A DNA stretch of 63,532 bases, counting the filler, from Basidiobolus ranarum (lineage: Eukaryota): assembly GCA_040143965.1 (NCBI GenBank). It is 26 parts of 26 records of this genome, joined end to end, with 100 filler letters (N's around TTAATTAATTAA, not from the genome) between each part and the next. Parts side by side here need not be neighbours in the genome. Positions count along the whole stretch, not along the records: positions 61,195 to 63,532 come from JASJQH010010332.1; 25 more parts are not named here. One strand, written 5' to 3'. How positions within the stretch are numbered: the first letter of the stretch is position 1; the number at the start of each line of letters is the position of its first letter. Below the pieces are notes generated by a model that ran no database searches, was not told where the DNA came from, and was given only the letters and a program-made list of their open reading frames with translations. The translations under genes and the position numbers were made by a program. This document shows, piece by piece, positions 63,300-63,532 of this stretch.

Positions 63300-63502
63300 G
63301 AAAAAACAGCTAAGCCACTTTTTTTAAGCAAAATTGTTATTTAGCAGCTTAAATCGGCGATATCTCGGGATCTAGCCAATGAGAAGCACTGAAAATTTGC
63401 ACATGCATCAATCATCATACTCTGCTGATGTGTACCAAATATCTAAGCCACAGCTGATGTAATTGCGATTTTATCACTGATTCTTTATTTTCTAAGCCAC
63501 CT
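63300..63502. mobile_element. Probable DNA-transposon terminus flanked by TTAA (Kolobok-like)
   Basis: ...CTAAGCCACCT|TTAA with CTAAGCCAC repeated four times between ~63195 and 63500. Confidence 0.35.
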
Positions 63503-63532
63503 TTAACTAGTTAACATAGTCTATTTGCTGGA

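Overview
The window is not one locus. It is 26 unlinked contigs of about 2.34-2.36 kb, sorted by decreasing length and joined by 100-nt N spacers containing the artificial six-frame stop TTAATTAATTAA, so synteny can only be read within a contig. The DNA is from a repeat-rich fungus with short GT-AG introns; an early-diverging Mucoromycota/Zoopagomycota-like lineage is my inference. Host genes: SPT3, alpha-COP (partial), GID4/VID24-like (partial), a PLP class I aminotransferase, a mitochondrial thioredoxin, eIF4A (3' end), FKS-type glucan synthase (partial) and a Gly-rich repeat protein (partial). Most contigs are nested, CpG-depleted transposon relics: at least three Ty1/Copia families primed by half-tRNA-iMet, a CACTA/CMC-like family with CCCTAACA termini and two divergent genes, and a PIF/Harbinger-group element with its MITE. 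There is also an 84-bp satellite and a 114/117-bp coding repeat. Two observations stand out. (1) An intron-containing, pseudogenised Fanzor (eukaryotic TnpB-like RNA-guided nuclease) at the end of a Tc1/mariner-like element, inserted ~117 bp upstream of the thioredoxin start codon, with a predictable omegaRNA/guide region. (2) A short LTR, seen twice, that carries a complete tRNA-like Pol III cassette just upstream of its primer-binding site (Helenus/Cassandra-like architecture). TE boundaries are approximate unless a terminus or TSD is cited.
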